A stretch of 64,000 bases of DNA from Octopus sinensis. Its lineage: Eukaryota. This document shows, piece by piece, positions 61,423 to 64,000 of the stretch. The stretch's first letter is position 1, and each line of letters opens with the position of its first letter. A model generated the notes under the pieces. That model was not told where the DNA came from and did no database searches. It saw only the letters and a list, made by a program, of their open reading frames with translations. The DNA is taken from NCBI RefSeq assembly GCF_006345805.1, contig NC_042997.1, positions 125,364,001-125,428,000 on the forward strand. Reading direction: 5' to 3'. The position numbers and the translations under genes were made by a program.

Positions 61423-63384
61423 TGTGTGTGTGGTGTGTGTGTGTGTGGTGTGTGTGGTGTGAGTTTGTGGTGTGTATGTATGTGTGTATTCAGTATATAG
61501 TGTATATGTATTTGTACGCATGTGTTAGTTCTTGAGTTGTACGAGATGAGAATTAAACGAGCTGTTAACCACATGCTCAAAACTCTGACTCACCATTTCT
61601 TTAATAATATTTAATGAAGTTAAGACGCCTACGAAACCATAAGAAACGTGATTTTATTTTTAACCAAAAGTCTTACTGAATCCTGGTAGAAGACCATATT
61701 GTCTACAGTACCAGATGACTAAAACTGATTGTCATAGCTTTTATACGCGAGTAGCTGTCGTCTATTTGAACCAAATTGTCTGGATCGTTGTATTTCTTAT
61801 TGTAAACACACCACGCTGAAATCAACGTTGGGCGGTGAGTGAAAGCAAACAGCAGGATTTAATGAAAATCTCTGTTGCTATGATATCACTGAAAATACAT
61901 AATTTTGTCTGTTTTATATATTTTTGTCGTTTCTGTGTTTCATTTTCTCCATGATGCTTTTTCTACGTTTATTTTCCTCTTCGCCCCTCATATCCATTAT
62001 ACATACATACGCGCACGCATACACACACACGTGTGTGGGTGTATGTATGTATATGTTTGTGTTTTCGTGTACCATTTAACATATGTACAGTTCTACATAA
62101 TGGATTTTGTAATAAATTATGGTTTTATCGTAGTGAAATATAAACGTTTTTTATTTGTTTTTTTTTCTTTTTGAAAATATACCTGTCATCATTTCTTGTT
62201 TACGTAACATCTCTCTTTCCCTCTCTCTTTCTTTCTCCCTCTCTCTCTCTATATATATATGTATGTGTGTGTGTGTGTGTATGTATATGTATATCTTTCT
62301 CTAAATATAAGAGCTTATTTTATTGTTCAATATTTTTAGGATAATCCTGACTGAGGTCGACAAATCAAGATAAGAGAAAAATTGTGGAATGTCTTGATTA
62401 ATCAGAGAGAATTCTAATAAATCATATTTAGATACAAGTTAATGAAAACTGCGACGTTTGTAAATAATAAACTTCTTAAAAAGTCGATAATCATAATTTC
62501 ATAGCTTCATAAAGTCGATAATTTATAATTTGTCATGAAAATCATTATATTTATAATATATCGTTGTTGAAAATAAAGAAAATATGAAGGTAAGCAAAAA
62601 ATGTATTTTATTTTTCAGCTCAATAGACGATTTGAAAGATGTCTGAACATACAGAGTATATAAAAAAGTCGTCTACTGGAGAAACACGGCGCAGAGCTAT
62701 TGAATACATAGTTATGATGTGTAGATATTAATTTTTTTTCATTTAACTTTATTATGGTTTAACCGTAAGAGAAAGTGCAATAGTTGTGACCCTTGCCAGC
62801 ATCTCCAATGCTGATGGGAGAAACAAGACGAGAAACCTGACCTGAATGTTTACAACAGTGAAGATTTTACTTAAAATACCCAAGGGGACAAGTGATTTTG
62901 TTAAAGCAGGTAGCTAATTTAGTACACCCCCACAAGAACAGGAATGGTATTCCAACGGGATTTCCGTAGCTATAGAACAAAATATTTGCCCATTGTGCAT
63001 GGAAATGAAACCGAACCCGAACTTGCATAGTTGTTGAACTAACTTCTCAACTACACATACATTCTTTTCTTTTCTCATTTATCTTTTACAGTCATTGAAG
63101 TGCAGTCTTGTAGTCGAGCATATCGATCCCAGTACTTTGTTTTTAAGCTTGATTCCTATCGACATATTAATACAAAGTTACGGGAGATAAATAAAGGCAC
63201 ATGCAAGCACATGTATAAACACACACACACACACACACGGAGTAGATGAAACAGGGACATATATTGTATGTCTCGTTTCTCATTGTGTTCAACGTTTTCT
63301 ATGTCTTGTACCCATATATGCATGTATATATACATATATATGTAGGTATGTACATATATGTATGTATATATGCATATATATATA

Positions 63385-63648
63385 TATTTGGGGTACTTAG
63401 GTCTGCTCTGGACTTCGTGCTTGCTTTTTCCATGGGTATGAATAAGTATTTCATTGATATCTCGCGTATTTACCGCTGAAGAGGGGAAAATTTATTAAGC
63501 CCGAAATTGGACCAATACGGTAATTACGAATTTTTTAGAGATTTCTCTCGGTTTGTTTCGAGACGCATAAATTATAATGGTTATTGAAAAGTTTTGTCTT
63601 TATTTCGGCATATTTGGCATTAGAATTTTTCTTCTGCCCTTATCTTGT

Positions 63649-63655
<7 letters not shown>
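63385..63655 (+). mobile_element. Single-arm copy of the 57787-58344 element, embedded in (AT)n
   Basis: Collinear with 58070-58345 (tttggggtacttag.tctgctc...gcccttat.ttgtaaa). Confidence 0.9.
63470..63523 (+). ncRNA. Type I hammerhead ribozyme
   Basis: TTACCG-CTGAAGA(63476-82)-GGG..CCC-GAA-ATTGG a CCAAT-A(63517)-CGGTAA; stem I extends to 10 of 11 bp (cgtatttaccg/cggtaattacg). Confidence 0.85.
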
Positions 63656-63725
<70 letters not shown>

Positions 63726-63754
63726 TATATATATATATTATATATATATATTGC

Positions 63755-63814
<60 letters not shown>

Positions 63815-64000
63815 TATATATATAGGAACACATGCATATACACATATACATAAGTAAATACATATTAGATTGTTGACAATAGGTTCAAATAAAAGCGCGC
63901 TCAATAGGCTCTCACTACAACCTCTCCTATCCGGCGTGAAGTAGCTTTCTGTTCTTTTTCCAACGGCTGTACATTCTTCATATTAATAAGACAGAGAATC

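Noticed and set aside
308-63853. The great majority of listed ORFs (IY/YI, CV/VC, HT/TH, YLSI, poly-L/I/N/D/S/H/T/V/G)
   Set aside because: They are stop-free readings of microsatellites with no domain content.

Overview
AT-rich animal genomic DNA saturated with microsatellites ((AT)n, (ATGT)n, (GATA)n, (GT)n, (ATT)n) and retroelements. The tRNA-head SINE families match, from memory, those of Octopus, so a cephalopod origin is an inference. I can support no host protein-coding gene, rRNA, true tRNA or CRISPR array, and most listed ORFs are microsatellite read-throughs. Supported content: (i) a near full-length, frameshifted Tx1/L1-clade LINE (9350-15550, minus) with (GATA)n on both sides; (ii) at least four Penelope-like (PLE) fragments with GIY-YIG and/or RT C-terminal motifs; (iii) a DD37D maT-type transposon relic; (iv) about 25 SINE copies from five families, some tandem, nested or chimeric; (v) 11 type I hammerhead ribozyme (HHR) motifs with intact CUGANGA/GAAA cores plus several variant-core or decayed ones, all read by eye. 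The most striking element is a ~483-bp, hairpin-rich unit at 16653-18155. It is arranged as one inverted partial copy plus about 2.2 tandem copies, with one HHR per full unit, which is the architecture of a non-LTR retrozyme (candidate circular RNA). Most fold-back structures in the window also carry HHR or HHR-like motifs and abut (AT)n. This suggests a multi-family, PLE-mobilised ribozyme retroelement system rather than ordinary MITEs. All RNA folds are manual and need computational and biochemical confirmation.
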